Of a DNA stretch of 64,000 bases, positions 39,214-49,979 are shown piece after piece. This DNA comes from Amoebophrya sp. A120 (Eukaryota; Protista; Dinoflagellata), in contig CAJINV010000014.1 of NCBI GenBank assembly GCA_905178155.1, positions 1,315,242 through 1,379,241 on the forward strand, in the 5' to 3' direction. The position numbers were made by a program, and so were the translations under genes. Position 1 is the stretch's first letter. Each line of letters starts with the position of its first letter. The notes under the pieces are model-generated. The model was not told the DNA's origin. It saw nothing but the letters and a program-made list of their open reading frames with translations, and did not search any database.

Positions 39214-41303
39214 ATGGAGGCTGAACACGAGCTGCAACGTGCCGCTGACGTTACCCCGAATGCTAATGAGCGAAAAATCCGCGACTCCGACACCGACTCA
39301 ACGTCAACATTCTCTGCCTCTGCTCCACCTGCCCCCAGGATGGCTACAGTTGACAGCACGAAAGAAGAAATCCAAACTAGAGACAAGAAGCGCACTGGAC
39401 GAGAGAAGAAGGAGAAGAAAAACAAAAAAGCGGTCGAGGATGTTCTGTGCGTTCCCGTTTCAATCAACGATGCCACCTGCCCGCTCTGCTTCGAGATCAT
39501 AGCGGGGCCTGTGTACGAGGCGACTTGTTGCGGAAAATTGGCCTGCGAGGGCTGCGCGATCGATTGCGTTTCAACGCGTAGAAGCAGCTGCTTCAATTGC
39601 CGCCAGAGTGCACCAGATGATAACGTGAACATCTTCGGTGGCGGTACCGGTAGTACTGGCAAAGAGGACGAGAAGTCTAGTGCTGATTCGTGTTTTACCT
39701 TCCGCCAAAACGAGTTCGCGACCCGGATGTTTCGGCAAGGGAAAGTAAAATGCAAAAAATGCAGGAAGAAGGTAACTCTGATCGTTTCGTTACGTCTTAG
39801 AAATGACGATCATCAAGAAACTAGGCGGCCTTTAATTCAGGAGCGACTGATCATGTTTTTTATCTTTTGGCGGCGAAAAATGAAAATCGTTGGCCAAAAA
39901 TTCAAATTTGTCATGGTGAAGGTACCTCTGAAAGACTTCCAGCAGCACTCAAAACCGAAAGAACACTACTGGTACTGGGACGGGCTTCATCGGAAAAATT
40001 ACGTCTGCCCGCACGCAAACTTGCAGTGCCCCTACAACTGTGGATTTACCGGTGAGCTTGACGACCTGAAGATGCATATTGCGAAGGATTGCCCAATGGT
40101 AGTTATAATGCTTGAGCGCGATCGCTTTCGCTGATGATCTTCCATCGTGCTGGCTTTCGTCAGTACTCATAGCGAGAAATATGGAGATACACGATGCAAA
40201 AACTGGGCAGATGTACTAGGTGTAGGAGCGCAGTCTCGACATTAAGTACCATTTTGACCATGCATGATGTTTGTTGACTTTGAAAACATACTATACATCA
40301 ACAGGGCTTTCGTACTCACGACAAGAAGGCTTTAGAAATGTGTGGTGGCGGAGCAGGCCTTGCGCGTTCTGTTAAGATTATCTGCAATTTGCTTACCGTC
40401 GGGCCCGGGATGAGTCCTATCGATCCGCTCGATTTCCTTCTGGCTCTGAATCACGCCGGCGTCCGATTGACTAGCAGTATTTTTTCCAAGTTGGTTTTGC
40501 GGCCGCCGGATAAAAGCTGTATTTATTACCAGAGGTATGGGGAGCATTACCAGAGCGCGTACGTGGACCTCGAGCAAGAGCATCGGCTGAGTGGAACAAC
40601 CGCAGACCCGCAGAGCACGCCGGTCCTGGTTGGTTCTTCGTCCTGGATGGCGGACAAGTGCCCGGAAATGTTCCAGCTGCGTTCCTACCTTGCAGAGGAA
40701 AAGTACTCGGCGGGCATTCTTGCCTTGCGTGACGGAGGAGACACGCACGCCCCACCACGTCGGCGCGACATGTATCGTTCTGTGTTGCAATCGCTCGTCG
40801 TTGACTCGTACAACCTGAGCGACCCCGATGATCGGCCAGACCCATCGACGCTCCAGCCCGTCAAACAAACCATACGCCTCCCCATCCCGCCTAATAAACC
40901 TTCCACGCCGGCTGGGAACAACTCTGAATATAATGAGCATCAATTTCAATCCCTGAACGTCAACAACGTCGTCTTCAAAGAGATCCAGACTTGGCAGATA
41001 GTGTCGCTGCCGCGAAATGTAGAAGTTAATCCGTCTGGTGGAGGTGCTGCAACTGGAACTGCCACTGCGACTGCGTCTCGTCCCATGTCTCCTTCTTTGC
41101 TGCAACTGCCAGAGGCCGACGACCCGGCTGAGGACCAGGCGCGCATCTCGTCCGACGCCACATCACAAGCGACATTCACTTCAGCAGATCAACATCATGA
41201 AGGCTACTACACACCTTCTGCTCCGCGATCGCGTAGCCGAAGCCCACGTCGCGATCGCGCAGCCGAAGCCCGCGCAGCCGAAGAACAAGGAGCCGGCTGC
41301 TAG
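39214..41303 (+). CDS. RING-like + TRAF-type zinc-finger protein, paralogue 1
   Basis: CPLCFEII...TCCGKLACEGC...CFNCR, then CKKC...H...CPHANLQCPYNCGFTG...HIAKDC. GT-AG introns 39772..39921 and 40099..40304. C-terminal RSRSPRR. Confidence 0.8.
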
Positions 41304-41445
41304 GTGGTAAAAGAACTTAGCGTAGTTCAGTTCTGACGGAGAAGTGAAAACAAGCAGTCTAACCTACTTACAAGAACTCTCTTCACCAACACCAAGTCCA
41401 AGTCGCAAAAATGTAAACGCGTTTTCAGTGCCTTTGCTTATAGTC

Positions 41446-42480
41446 TGGTAACCAAAGCGTGCGCAAGCGCTCATCCATCGCAAACGCAGCGCGAAGGCTT
41501 TGCCGTTGCCATATGGGAGGAACTCGGGGGTATGCAATCACTGGAAAAATCGGGCATTATCAAGTGTGTTTTGCCTTCAGAAAGCGGATCGGGCAGAATT
41601 TGTGGGAATTTTCCCGAAAGCAACCAAAACAGCAATTACCAAGTGGGAAAAGGGTAAAAAATAGCAGTTTTGCAGCTCCGCCCGGTCTGAATCTGAAAAA
41701 AGATTGTGGCATTTTCGGCAAGGGCCGGCGGTGTGATGCGTTTTATAGCGGAAAATGCGTCACCTCCGGGCAGCTCCAGCCGCTTGAAAATTGAAAAAAA
41801 GCGCTGAAAAAATGCAATTTTTCGCAGCATACAAGCGGCCGACAAAATTTACCGATTTTCTGCAGTCCCCGGAAGCCGCTTGGAAATAGAAAATGACAAT
41901 TTTTGCTGAAATAGCAAAAGCCGCTTGGAAATTGCCGCTCCAAGACGGTTTTTCAAATTGTCACACGGCCCACACCGTCGAGATTGGACGAAAAAAAAAC
42001 AACTACTAAGCCTGCGGAGGTGTGTCACACGGGCACGGTTTTCGTCCTCTCTGAGGGTCGCGAAATGAGATCTCCTCCCGCTTAGAAATGCCCGATCTGG
42101 GTGGCCCAAAAGGGCAGCCGGAAATGAAGAAAATTGCATGACTTTTCAAAATTTGTGTATTTTACCTGGCCACATACCTTCCTGGCCAGGTGGCCAGTTT
42201 GTCATGCAGGGGGCGAGAAAGGATGCCCCGCTGCGAAATAGCAATCCGGATTTCGCCTTCAATGCTTATCGCAGGAGCCTGCGATAAGCTTTGAATGCGA
42301 ATCCGGAAGCCCCCGATGGCCCGCGATAGATGGCGTTTTTACTTTCCAGCGATAGTGGGATTCTAATTAAAAAGAAATGGTGGTGGCAGCCGCGCGGCTG
42401 GTTAGGCTTTCGCGCTGGTTAGATTTTCGCGCACGCTTTTGGTTACCAATATCGCCCTCCGGGCGCGACCTTCATATTAG
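41446..42480 (+). mobile_element. ~1-kb non-coding element with sub-terminal inverted repeats and a 3' stem-loop (HINE/Helentron-like or MITE)
   Basis: tggtaaccaaagcgtgcgc (41446-64) versus gcgcacgcttttggttacca (42429-48), followed by hairpin cgccc-tcc-gggcg (42453-65). Internal hairpin with ~30-bp arms at 42245..42307. Confidence 0.55.
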
Positions 42481-42921
42481 CTATTTTCCAAGCTGTAAAA
42501 GCCTTTTTGGAAAATGAAATGTCGAGATCAACTCAACTGGACATATGAGCTGCAAGGCAATGAATTGAACAGAAAATAAATGGTACTGGTCTGGATTGTG
42601 CTGCGGCGTGGACGAATTTTAGAGAGAATTGCTACGGATGGGGATGTTCATGTGGTTCCTGCACCAGGACCAGGAGCAGCTACTGCTGGTTCTTGCACGC
42701 CATTTATGTGTTTGATGTTGATGTTGCCTAGACTATTGTAACAAGTAGTAAATAATTGCGTCGAGCTGCATTCTGCTTCTCCAAACCAGAGCTGCTAGCG
42801 ACAACTCCTTCCTCGCTTCTTGTGCGGGAGCTGACGACGATGTATTTATTGTGTTTACTTTTCCAAAACAAATACGAAGAAAATCGAAAGTCGCGGTCAA
42901 TAAATTAGAATTCTTGGCAAC

Positions 42922-45900
42922 ATGCAGTCGAAAGGAAAAACATGCCCTTTAGCACCAGCCGCGCCGTCTTCATCTGCTTCCGCAAGCAGCGGAGTAGGAG
43001 TAGCAAGTGGCGGCAAAAAGGGATCATTTGGAAAGCACATGCACGAAGGCGTCGACTTCGGCGCCATGCACTCTCAGTCGAAAGGGCAGTTTCCACCTCC
43101 TCTTGTAAACCCGATGTCGTTCTCTTCGGTTTCCGCCGCAAGCAGTGGTGGCAAGGGCAAAGGGCTTAGATTCGGCAGGGTAACAATACCAGTACCTGCG
43201 CTGTCGCAGGGACAATCACGCTCACACCGCCTACCGTTGGGTGGTACAATCACGTTCACATCCGCTACCGCGACCAGTAAAGGAGACAGCGAACAAAGGG
43301 CGAGGACCATCGCGCCCGCGGTGTCGTTCAGTGCTGTCCTACCTGCTGCAGGAACGCTCACGACTCCCAACAAAACGTGCGCACTTGCCGCAGCTTCCAG
43401 CACGCCCGACGAGCTGTGTTTTTCGCTCGATGAAGCGACTTGCCCAATCTGCTTCGAGATAATTTCTGGAACCGCGTTCGAGACGGAATGTTGCGGAAAG
43501 CTGACTTGTGAGAGTTGTGCTCAGGACTGCAGAATAGCGACTTCCTGCTTTCATTGCCGCCGGAACAGCAAAATCCCCGATGGGGATGGTATCCAGTTCA
43601 AGTTTCGGAAAAGCCACTTCGCAACCCGCATGTTTCGGCAAATGAAAGTGAACTGCAAGGAATGCAGCAGCGAGCTGGCGCTGAAGGATTTGGAGAGCCA
43701 CATGCACCCGAAAGGGCACTACTTTGGGTTCTTGCGCGAGAGTTCGAGGGATGCAGCCGTCTGCCCCTACGCAAGGTGGAAATGCCCGCATTCAGTTGAC
43801 GGCTGTGGGTTCGCCGGGGGACGTCTAAGCGAACTGAAGACGCACCTGGCGAAGGGCTGTACGAAGGTACTGACCACTGTACTTCATGCACTACTTGTGC
43901 TCGTCCTCCAGCACCAGCACGAACATAGATTGTATATAATTCCACGTTCTACAACAGAAGAATATACGCTTACCGGTAAGGTCGTACCCGACTTCTCTAT
44001 TGACATAAGGTTAGAAACTTTAAATTTTGATTTTGATTTATCAATGCGACAGACCACTACACGTTGTACATTACAGGGGTTTCGCAAGCACGACGCGAAG
44101 ACTCTGGAAATTTGTGGCGGAGAAGACGGGCTGATGCGATCCGTGAAAACGATCCACGGTTTCATTGCCGGAGCGAACCCCATATCCTGTGCAAAAGTAT
44201 CGTACTCGTATGAATGCAGGCCTTGCATTACCAAGGCAAATCTGCATTACAAATTTTATTTCTCATGCTGAGCATTACAAATTTTATTTCTCACGGAGCG
44301 GAGCTAAGCGACGGCTTAGGCAACGCGGAACACAGCGGCAACGAAAAAGAGGCACGAGAAGAACAAGGGGGCGCCAACGTAGCAAGTGCAGGAAGACAGC
44401 CAAGGACGGAGAGGCTGCTTCCACCTGAGACCCCGGCGGGACCCCCGCCGCACGCTGCGGCCCCCAAAACACCAGCGGGACCCCCGCTGTTTACCCCCCC
44501 ACCAAGAAACGACCACAGCCGAGGTAAGGGTCAACACGCGGCAGGGACCGCAGACGAGCAGCCGCACGCGAGCAACACAGAAGCGGAGGCGGCGGCAAGC
44601 GAGGTGGTCGAGTGGATCAAACTGCTGATCGGGCTTGACGCGTCGAACTACTACAACAACATCAGTTTGCCGAGCGCGGTCAGAGCCTACCGGCGCGGTC
44701 GACTCCACCCCGTCTACATCAAACTGATCCTGATGACGACTTGGCGGAAAGAAGTATACCTACGGAACGGCAAGGTATACGGCCTCGTGACGCGACATCG
44801 GGAGCTCATCCAAGGCGCCGTAGAAACGATGCTCGCGGGGGTCATCCTCTACATGAGCGGCGTTGAAAAAGTAGCAAAATACCTCGAGAGCTGCTTCGGA
44901 GAGGACGGGCGAGTACTCGTGAAGAAGATCGAAGGGGAGACGCACAAGCTGAGGCGAGAAATAAAGCGCGAATACGGGGCGCCAGACCTGGACACCACTT
45001 TCGCCGACTACAAACCGGAGGAAATCGACGAGGTATGGTTTGACCCGGTCACAGCGGGCGGCACCACCACGGGATACCGCAGAACAGTGACAACGCAGAA
45101 AAGGGGCAGAAACCCGGGACAAACGGTGACGAATTTCATCGACGGAAAACTCCGGAAAGAACCGGGCGCGGACAACCCGAAACAAAGTTCCGCGCTTCAG
45201 TTCGTCGACGACGGAAGTCTAAGCCTGCGCTTCAGGTCTGCAGACCTGGAGCATGTTCTGACGCTGTTGGCAAACGTGAAAGAAAGCTACGAAGCGGTCT
45301 ATCGCTCGGAAGGACAATTTTTAGCACCGACAAAGTGCGAATTTGTCACCAACGCGAACCCCGAACAGGCGAGAAGGATACGAGAGAAGTTCAACCCCTT
45401 CGGGATAGAGTTTGAAAAGAAGAAAGAAACGCGGACTCTCGGTATCACGATCTCACTGCGGAGCATAGAAGACCAGAGGAGGGCAATTCGGGCCCAGGTG
45501 CGGAAAGCAATCGGAGCCGCGCAGCACCGTGTAGCGGTCGCGCAGAGTATGCAGAAAACAATGTCCGGCGAGGAGTTGAGGTTAGCTATTCAGACCTTCT
45601 ACATGGCAGCGCTTATCTACAGACTCCCGGTCATGCACGTGATCTGTACGAAAGAGGACTGGTCAGAGCTCCTAGCCGACATGTCAATATGCATCGCGAC
45701 ATCGCTCGGATTCAAGTGGGAAGATCTGCCGAAGTTGGCGGAGCTCACGGACACAACGGATGACACTTTCTACAGAGTAATCTTTAGCGAGAACCTGCTA
45801 GGGCTACTCGACCCGTACACGCTCGGCATCAAGGGACTACGGGGCTCGGCGCAGAGCGGCTACCTGACCGACCCAAACAAGATGCTGAAATGGGCAACGT

Positions 45901-48900
45901 ATCCAGTCTCGGTACATGGAGAAGGATTCGCAGGGATGTCCGACGCAGACATCGACGACCTGGAGGACAGACAGGACGCAGACGCCGCATTAATCGCGGC
46001 CGCCACGGACGGGGCAGCGACGAGGCTACCGCCGTCGAGCGACTTGCGAGCAGAGGGCTTCATCCCAGACAGAAGCGACCAAGGCTCCGAGCGGTCGCAG
46101 AGAGTAGACAGCCGCGCAAGCGTCTACTTGTGGTCAACCGGTGACGGGGAAGGACTAGTCTGCACGGCGCGGATGAAAAACTCTGCAACCGAGATCCGCA
46201 TACCCCTCCAGTGCAGGACCAAGAGCACACACCTGAAGACCGAGGTAAGGAAGAAGGAGCAGCGATTCCTCGCGTACGCGAACAACGTGATCTGGGCGAT
46301 GCCGATCCTGGCTGCAAACCTGGCGGGGCCGACACCGCGCGACACTCTCATCATCCACCTACAAAGCTACAGCGCCCTTCTTCAAGCGACACGCGGACCG
46401 ATGAGACAGAAACAAGGAATCCACCTAGACTTGGTTGAAAAGATCGAGGACTTGCAAGGACTCGGACACCGGGTCGTCAAAGGTGGAAGCAGCGAAGCGA
46501 GGACACTCGACGCGACGCGCCAAATCTCGGAAATCGACCTGCAGCACATAAACTTGGCAGGACACGACAAGGCAGCGGAGTGGCTTCGCTTCGACTTTGG
46601 AGACGAAGCGCTACCGGGAATCCCCCCCGTGGTAGAGTGGCCACCAATGTCGATGAGAGAGAGAGCGGAATACCTAGCAAAAGCGTTGGAAGGTGTCGTA
46701 GTGCGGACACGAGCAGAAGAGGCACACCCCAGAGAGGAAGAGGTCGCAGGAGGCGCACAGGCAACGCAGGGACAGGAGAGCGAGGAGGTGGGAGCCCCAC
46801 CGACACCGCGCCAGCTGTTCAGCACCCCACAAAACGTAAGCAGTAGGCAGGAGGCGACAGCAAGCCAAAACGGCGAACAGAGCCCAAGCGAGAGAAGGCG
46901 GCGGAGCGCAGAAGCAGGCGCACAACAGCCGCACGGAGACGGCGAGAAGAAGAGCAACAGCTCCCCGGAAGCCGACAAGGCAAGCGCGGAAGAGCCCGCC
47001 GGGGGGAAGCCAGAGGGCGACAAAGACGGAAGAAAACCGGACGAGCCCAAACAAGAAACGGGCGGAGAAGAGCAGCCACAAAGACCGGAAGGCAAAAACA
47101 CGACTACCGGAAACGAGAGGGCGGAGCCAATTCGAAGCCAACCGGAGAGCGCGGAGGTAGACGACGAAGAGGGGGCGAGAGTCAGAAACGGCAAGCGACG
47201 CGAGTCGTCGCCAATCTGGAGACCACCGGCGAAAAAGCGGAAACCAGCCCACCTTTCGCAGTTCTTTAGCGCCGCGGACCTGCTCGGACCCCTAGGCGCG
47301 GAGGTCGCAGGCAACATCTTCGGCAGCTCCGCCAGCTCCTCGCGTCCGGCGCAGACGCAACAGCGGAACCCCCCCCCGACAAAACCCCCCCCAGGCTGAG
47401 AACCTCGGCAAGATCCTACCCTGCACCAGCCCCCCTCTGGCAGACGTGCGGCAGCCGACCGCTCGCAGCGTGCCTGCGGACGCCACCAAGAAGGGAAAGA
47501 GAAACGGAAGTGCCCCGCTACAGGCCTAACCCAGACCAACACGAGGAGCGGACGCTTTGAAAAAGACAGGGGCGGCTACAACTTGAAAAACTAAAAAAAA
47601 CAGCAGGAAAGAACACAGGTTCTACTGATAAGCAGGTCGATTTTTTTTGATAAGCTACGGAAGCTAAGTTTTCAAAAAAAAGAAGGAAAAACTTACAGCA
47701 GCCTTACAGGGAGCTAGTGAAGCCCACGCAACGGCGGGCGACAAAGCGCTGGAGTTCAACACCGGGGAACGGAAGCTGTTCCGGCGGAGGGAAAAAGAGA
47801 GAAGGAGGAAAAAAGTTGTATTTGAAATTTTTTTTGTTTTTGAAAAAACAAGATGGCTCGCGACTTGTTCGTCCCCCCCAGTAAAACAAACTTGGATCCC
47901 AAGTCCTCCTTGCACCGCAGCCGCGACGGAACGGGACGAAACAAGAGGGCCAGACGGGAAAAGAGAGAGAAAAAAACGGACAAAGAAAACAAGTCCGAGA
48001 TTCATACTCACCCCATGCGAGGCCACCTGTGCTAAAATTCCAATGGAATTTGGCCCAACATTGCCTGCGACCATGGACGTGAATAAACCCGCAAACTTTT
48101 CATATCCAGCAGTAATCCGCCGAACAGTCCCAGTACCCCCGGAGTAGCCCCCCCAACTACTCATCCGAGCCCATGATCCCACCTGTGCTTTGCACCAACA
48201 TTGGATCGGCTCTACATCCGCTTCCGGGGGGTGCAAATTGGTATCTGACCGACATTGTGCCAAGAGGAGGGCCTCCCCGGGACCGCCTGGCGAAAGCCTG
48301 CCATGGGTTTCACTGTCTACGGGTGGTGTTGCGGGTTAGCCTGGCGAAAGCCAAAAACCGGCAGAAAATGGGGCCACGGAGGCGTTCTTGCTGGACATTA
48401 CCAACATTTGCCCACGCAGAGCCGTCCTCTTGCCGGACACAACCAACATCTGTCCGAAACAGCCTAGGGCCAAGACGACGCCGTGAGGACGACCACAGGG
48501 GGTCCGTCTCAATGATGATGATGATGCTGAGGAAATTTGCAATGCATTTATACGAGTGCGATACTTTTGCAGTTCATACCCCATCCCCCCGGACGCGTTG
48601 ATGATGACGCTGTCGCATCTGTATCAAATGCAAAAATGTCTGGGTCTGGAAGAATGCTAATGCAACTTGTGATGCTACTTTTGGAATCTACAGAAAATCT
48701 GTATTGCTATTGCATGAACAGCAAAAGAGGTGTAATTCGTGCTACGCGGAGAGGGCATTTCTCATGCGGTATGAGCACGAGAAAGCCCTCGCAAAATCTC
48801 TGATGCTAGGGTATGCATCACAGACCTCATCGGTCATGCAAAATCTGCATGACAAATTCCTGCATTCTTCCAGACCCAGACATTTTTGCAATCCATAATC

Positions 48901-49562
48901 TGGGCATCCAGCTTACCGCCACCGTGTGGGAGGCTGTCTGCAGTATGCCGCGCAAGGCCAGAGACAGGCTATTCGTGGAGCTCGAGCAGGGGCAGCTGAC
49001 AGACGACGAGCAGGACGCGAAGTGCCTGATCGGCAGTCCATCGTGGTGCCGCGTGAAGAAGTGCCCAGAATTGCTCAGTCTCCATTTTTTAATTGGATTG
49101 GGCGACGTTTCCTTCCCCGTGTTGGATTTCGAGCGAGCGGACTACCCGCTTCTCCCGACGAGAAGGCTTCCCACCGCGTTGCGCAAAGCATACCGTAGTG
49201 CGTTGCAGCATTTCGTGGTAGATAAGTACAACCTGCCGCGCAACCCGGTGGAGCGGAGCGCTCCGTCCGATGTTCGTGTGGCCGCCGTCGGAAGAGAGTG
49301 CATCACGACTAACTTGTGTCTTACGTTTTCCAGGTCTATTGAAAAGGGCTGCACGGAATGGGCGACACTGCAGAAGGAGAAACAACAAGGAAGAAGTACT
49401 AGATCAACCTCTACCACGCCCAGCCCTGGTACAAGCGCGGCACAAGCAAGAAGACCACTGGCGGCGGGAAATCGACCTAGCTCTGACAACTCTCCTTGCT
49501 GGCGGAGTCGCAGTCCGCGTCGTATCGCCAGCCTTGATGATGTGGATATGGACGAGTTGTAA
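42922..49562 (+). CDS. RING-like + TRAF-type zinc-finger protein, paralogue 2, interrupted by two introners
   Basis: Exons 42922..43866, 44077..44182, 48584..48621, 48903..49562. The spliced junction reads ANPIPPDALMMTLSHLGIQLT, aligning without gaps to paralogue 1 MSPIDPLDFLLALNHAGVRLT. GT-AG intron 43867..44076 is at the same position as paralogue-1 intron 2. Confidence 0.8.
44294..48523 (+). mobile_element. 5'-truncated non-LTR retrotransposon (LINE-like)
   Basis: RT ORF, ~1.1-kb 3' UTR, imperfect 3' stem-loop (tgaggacgacc...ggtccgtctca), (ATG)5 tail at 48512-26. Target duplication atgctgag at 44265-72 and 48524-31. Confidence 0.8.
44295..47399 (+). CDS. Non-LTR reverse transcriptase (motifs 3-7 + thumb) with degenerate RNase H-like domain; N-terminus missing
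   Basis: LDASNYYNNIS (RT3), RELIQGAVETM (RT4), LQFVDD (RT5), GQFLAPTKCEFV (RT6), TRTLGITI (RT7), thumb-like RLAIQTFYMAALIYRLPV. RNase H-like LIIHLQSYSALLQA. Stop-free over 3.1 kb. Confidence 0.8.
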   Translation, partial: GAELSDGLGNAEHSGNEKEAREEQGGANVASAGRQPRTERLLPPETPAGPPPHAAAPKTPAGPPLFTPPPRNDHSRGKGQHAAGTADEQPHASNTEAEAAASEVVEWIKLLIGLDASNYYNNISLPSAVRAYRRGRLHPVYIKLILMTTWRKEVYLRNGKVYGLVTRHRELIQGAVETMLAGVILYMSGVEKVAKYLESCFGEDGRVLVKKIEGETHKLRREIKREYGAPDLDTTFADYKPEEIDEVWFDPVTAGGTTTGYRRTVTTQKRGRNPGQTVTNFIDGKLRKEPGADNPKQSSALQFVDDGSLSLRFRSADLEHVLTLLANVKESYEAVYRSEGQFLAPTKCEFVTNANPEQARRIREKFNPFGIEFEKKKETRTLGITISLRSIEDQRRAIRAQVRKAIGAAQHRVAVAQSMQKTMSGEELRLAIQTFYMAALIYRLPVMHVICTKEDWSELLADMSICIATSLGFKWEDLPKLAELTDTTDDTFYRVIFSENLLGLLDPYTLGIKGLRGSAQSGYLTDPNKMLKWATYPVSVHGEGFAGMSDADIDDLEDRQDADAALIAAATDGAATRLPPSSDLRAEGFIPDRSDQGSERSQRVDSRASVYLWSTGDGEGLVCTARMKNSATEIRIPLQCRTKSTHLKTEVRKKEQRFLAYANNVIWAMPILAANLAGPTPRDTLIIHLQSYSALLQATRGPMRQKQGIHLDLVEKIEDLQGLGHRVVKGGSSEARTLDATRQISEIDLQHINLAGHDKAAEWLRFDFGDEALPGIPPVVEWPPMSMRERAEYLAKALEGVVVRTRAEEAHPREEEVAGGAQATQGQESEEVGAPPTPRQLFSTPQNVSSRQEATASQNGEQSPSERRRRSAEAGAQQPHGDGEKKSNSSPEADKASAEEPAGGKPEGDKDGRKPDEPKQETGGEEQPQRPEGKNTTTGNERAEPIRSQPESAEVDDEEGARVRNGKRRESSPIWRPPAKKRKPAHLSQFFSAADLLGPLGAEVAGNIFGSSASSSRPAQTQQRNPPPTKPPPG
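48622..48897 (+). mobile_element. Introner, family B
   Basis: DR atctg at 48617-21 and 48898-902. Perfect 29-bp IR tgcaaaaatgtctgggtctggaagaatgc (48629-57 / 48862-90) inside TAT-N4 / N4-ATA ends. Frame restored (SHL|GIQ). Confidence 0.92.
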
Positions 49563-49698
49563 AGTATTGATGAAGTAGATCGAGATAAGATATATGATTC
49601 TGTGGATCAAAATTCATTCGCATCGCGTTTTCCTCTTATGTCCCGAAGTCCCTTGTGCTTGTGTGGAAACGATGAAACTGATATTGATCTTGTTCCTG

Positions 49699-49910
49699 AA
49701 GTTGGAGATCCCTATCTTTGACGGTCAACACACATGACCTCGGTATTTTTTTTCTGATTGCGACTGCCAACGCCGAGAAAGATTGAAGGTCCTTTTCGAG
49801 TCGGTCGTGTTGTTGAAAATAAAATCATTAAGGATCCTGTAAGCGCCGGAAAATTCTCATGGGTCGGTCAAATACTTTCTGACCCAATGGAGTGTGGATC
49901 AAAATCAGCG
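49699..49910 (+). repeat. Dispersed intergenic repeat, copy 1 (partial, diverged)
   Basis: gttggagatcccta..gacggtcaacacaca..cctcgg..gagtcggtcgtg..gaaaataaaatca..ctcatgggtc..aaatcagcgg is shared with the 55.6-kb copy and in part with the 58.85-kb copy. Confidence 0.8.
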
Positions 49911-49979
49911 GAGATGAATGTTGAAAAAGCAAAAGCCTATCCTCCATGTGAAGCTGCACCGCGGCGGCCAGCACACTGT

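Larger units (their letters stand above)
44183..48578 (+). mobile_element. Introner family A expanded to 4.4 kb by a nested retrotransposon
   Basis: DR cccca at 44178-82 and 48579-83. Left end TATcctgTGCAAAAGTATCGTACTCG and right end CGAGTGCGATACTTTTGCAgttcATA match the 145-150-bp family A copies. Confidence 0.9.

Noticed and set aside
44214-44294. Start of the 1061-aa ORF given in the ORF track
   Set aside because: These codons lie in introner sequence and the duplicated target; the frame is open by chance.
14241-47542. Long minus-strand ORFs such as 46382..47542, 14241..15002, 24950..25639 and 40332..41105
   Set aside because: Antisense shadows of GC-rich + strand coding sequence, with no domains.
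44183-48578. The RT ORF as the autonomous enzyme that mobilises introners
   Set aside because: The insert has its own target duplication, tail and 5' truncation, lacks RT motifs 0-2 and an in-element start, and introners have TIR/DR structure in both orientations. Secondary nesting explains it better.
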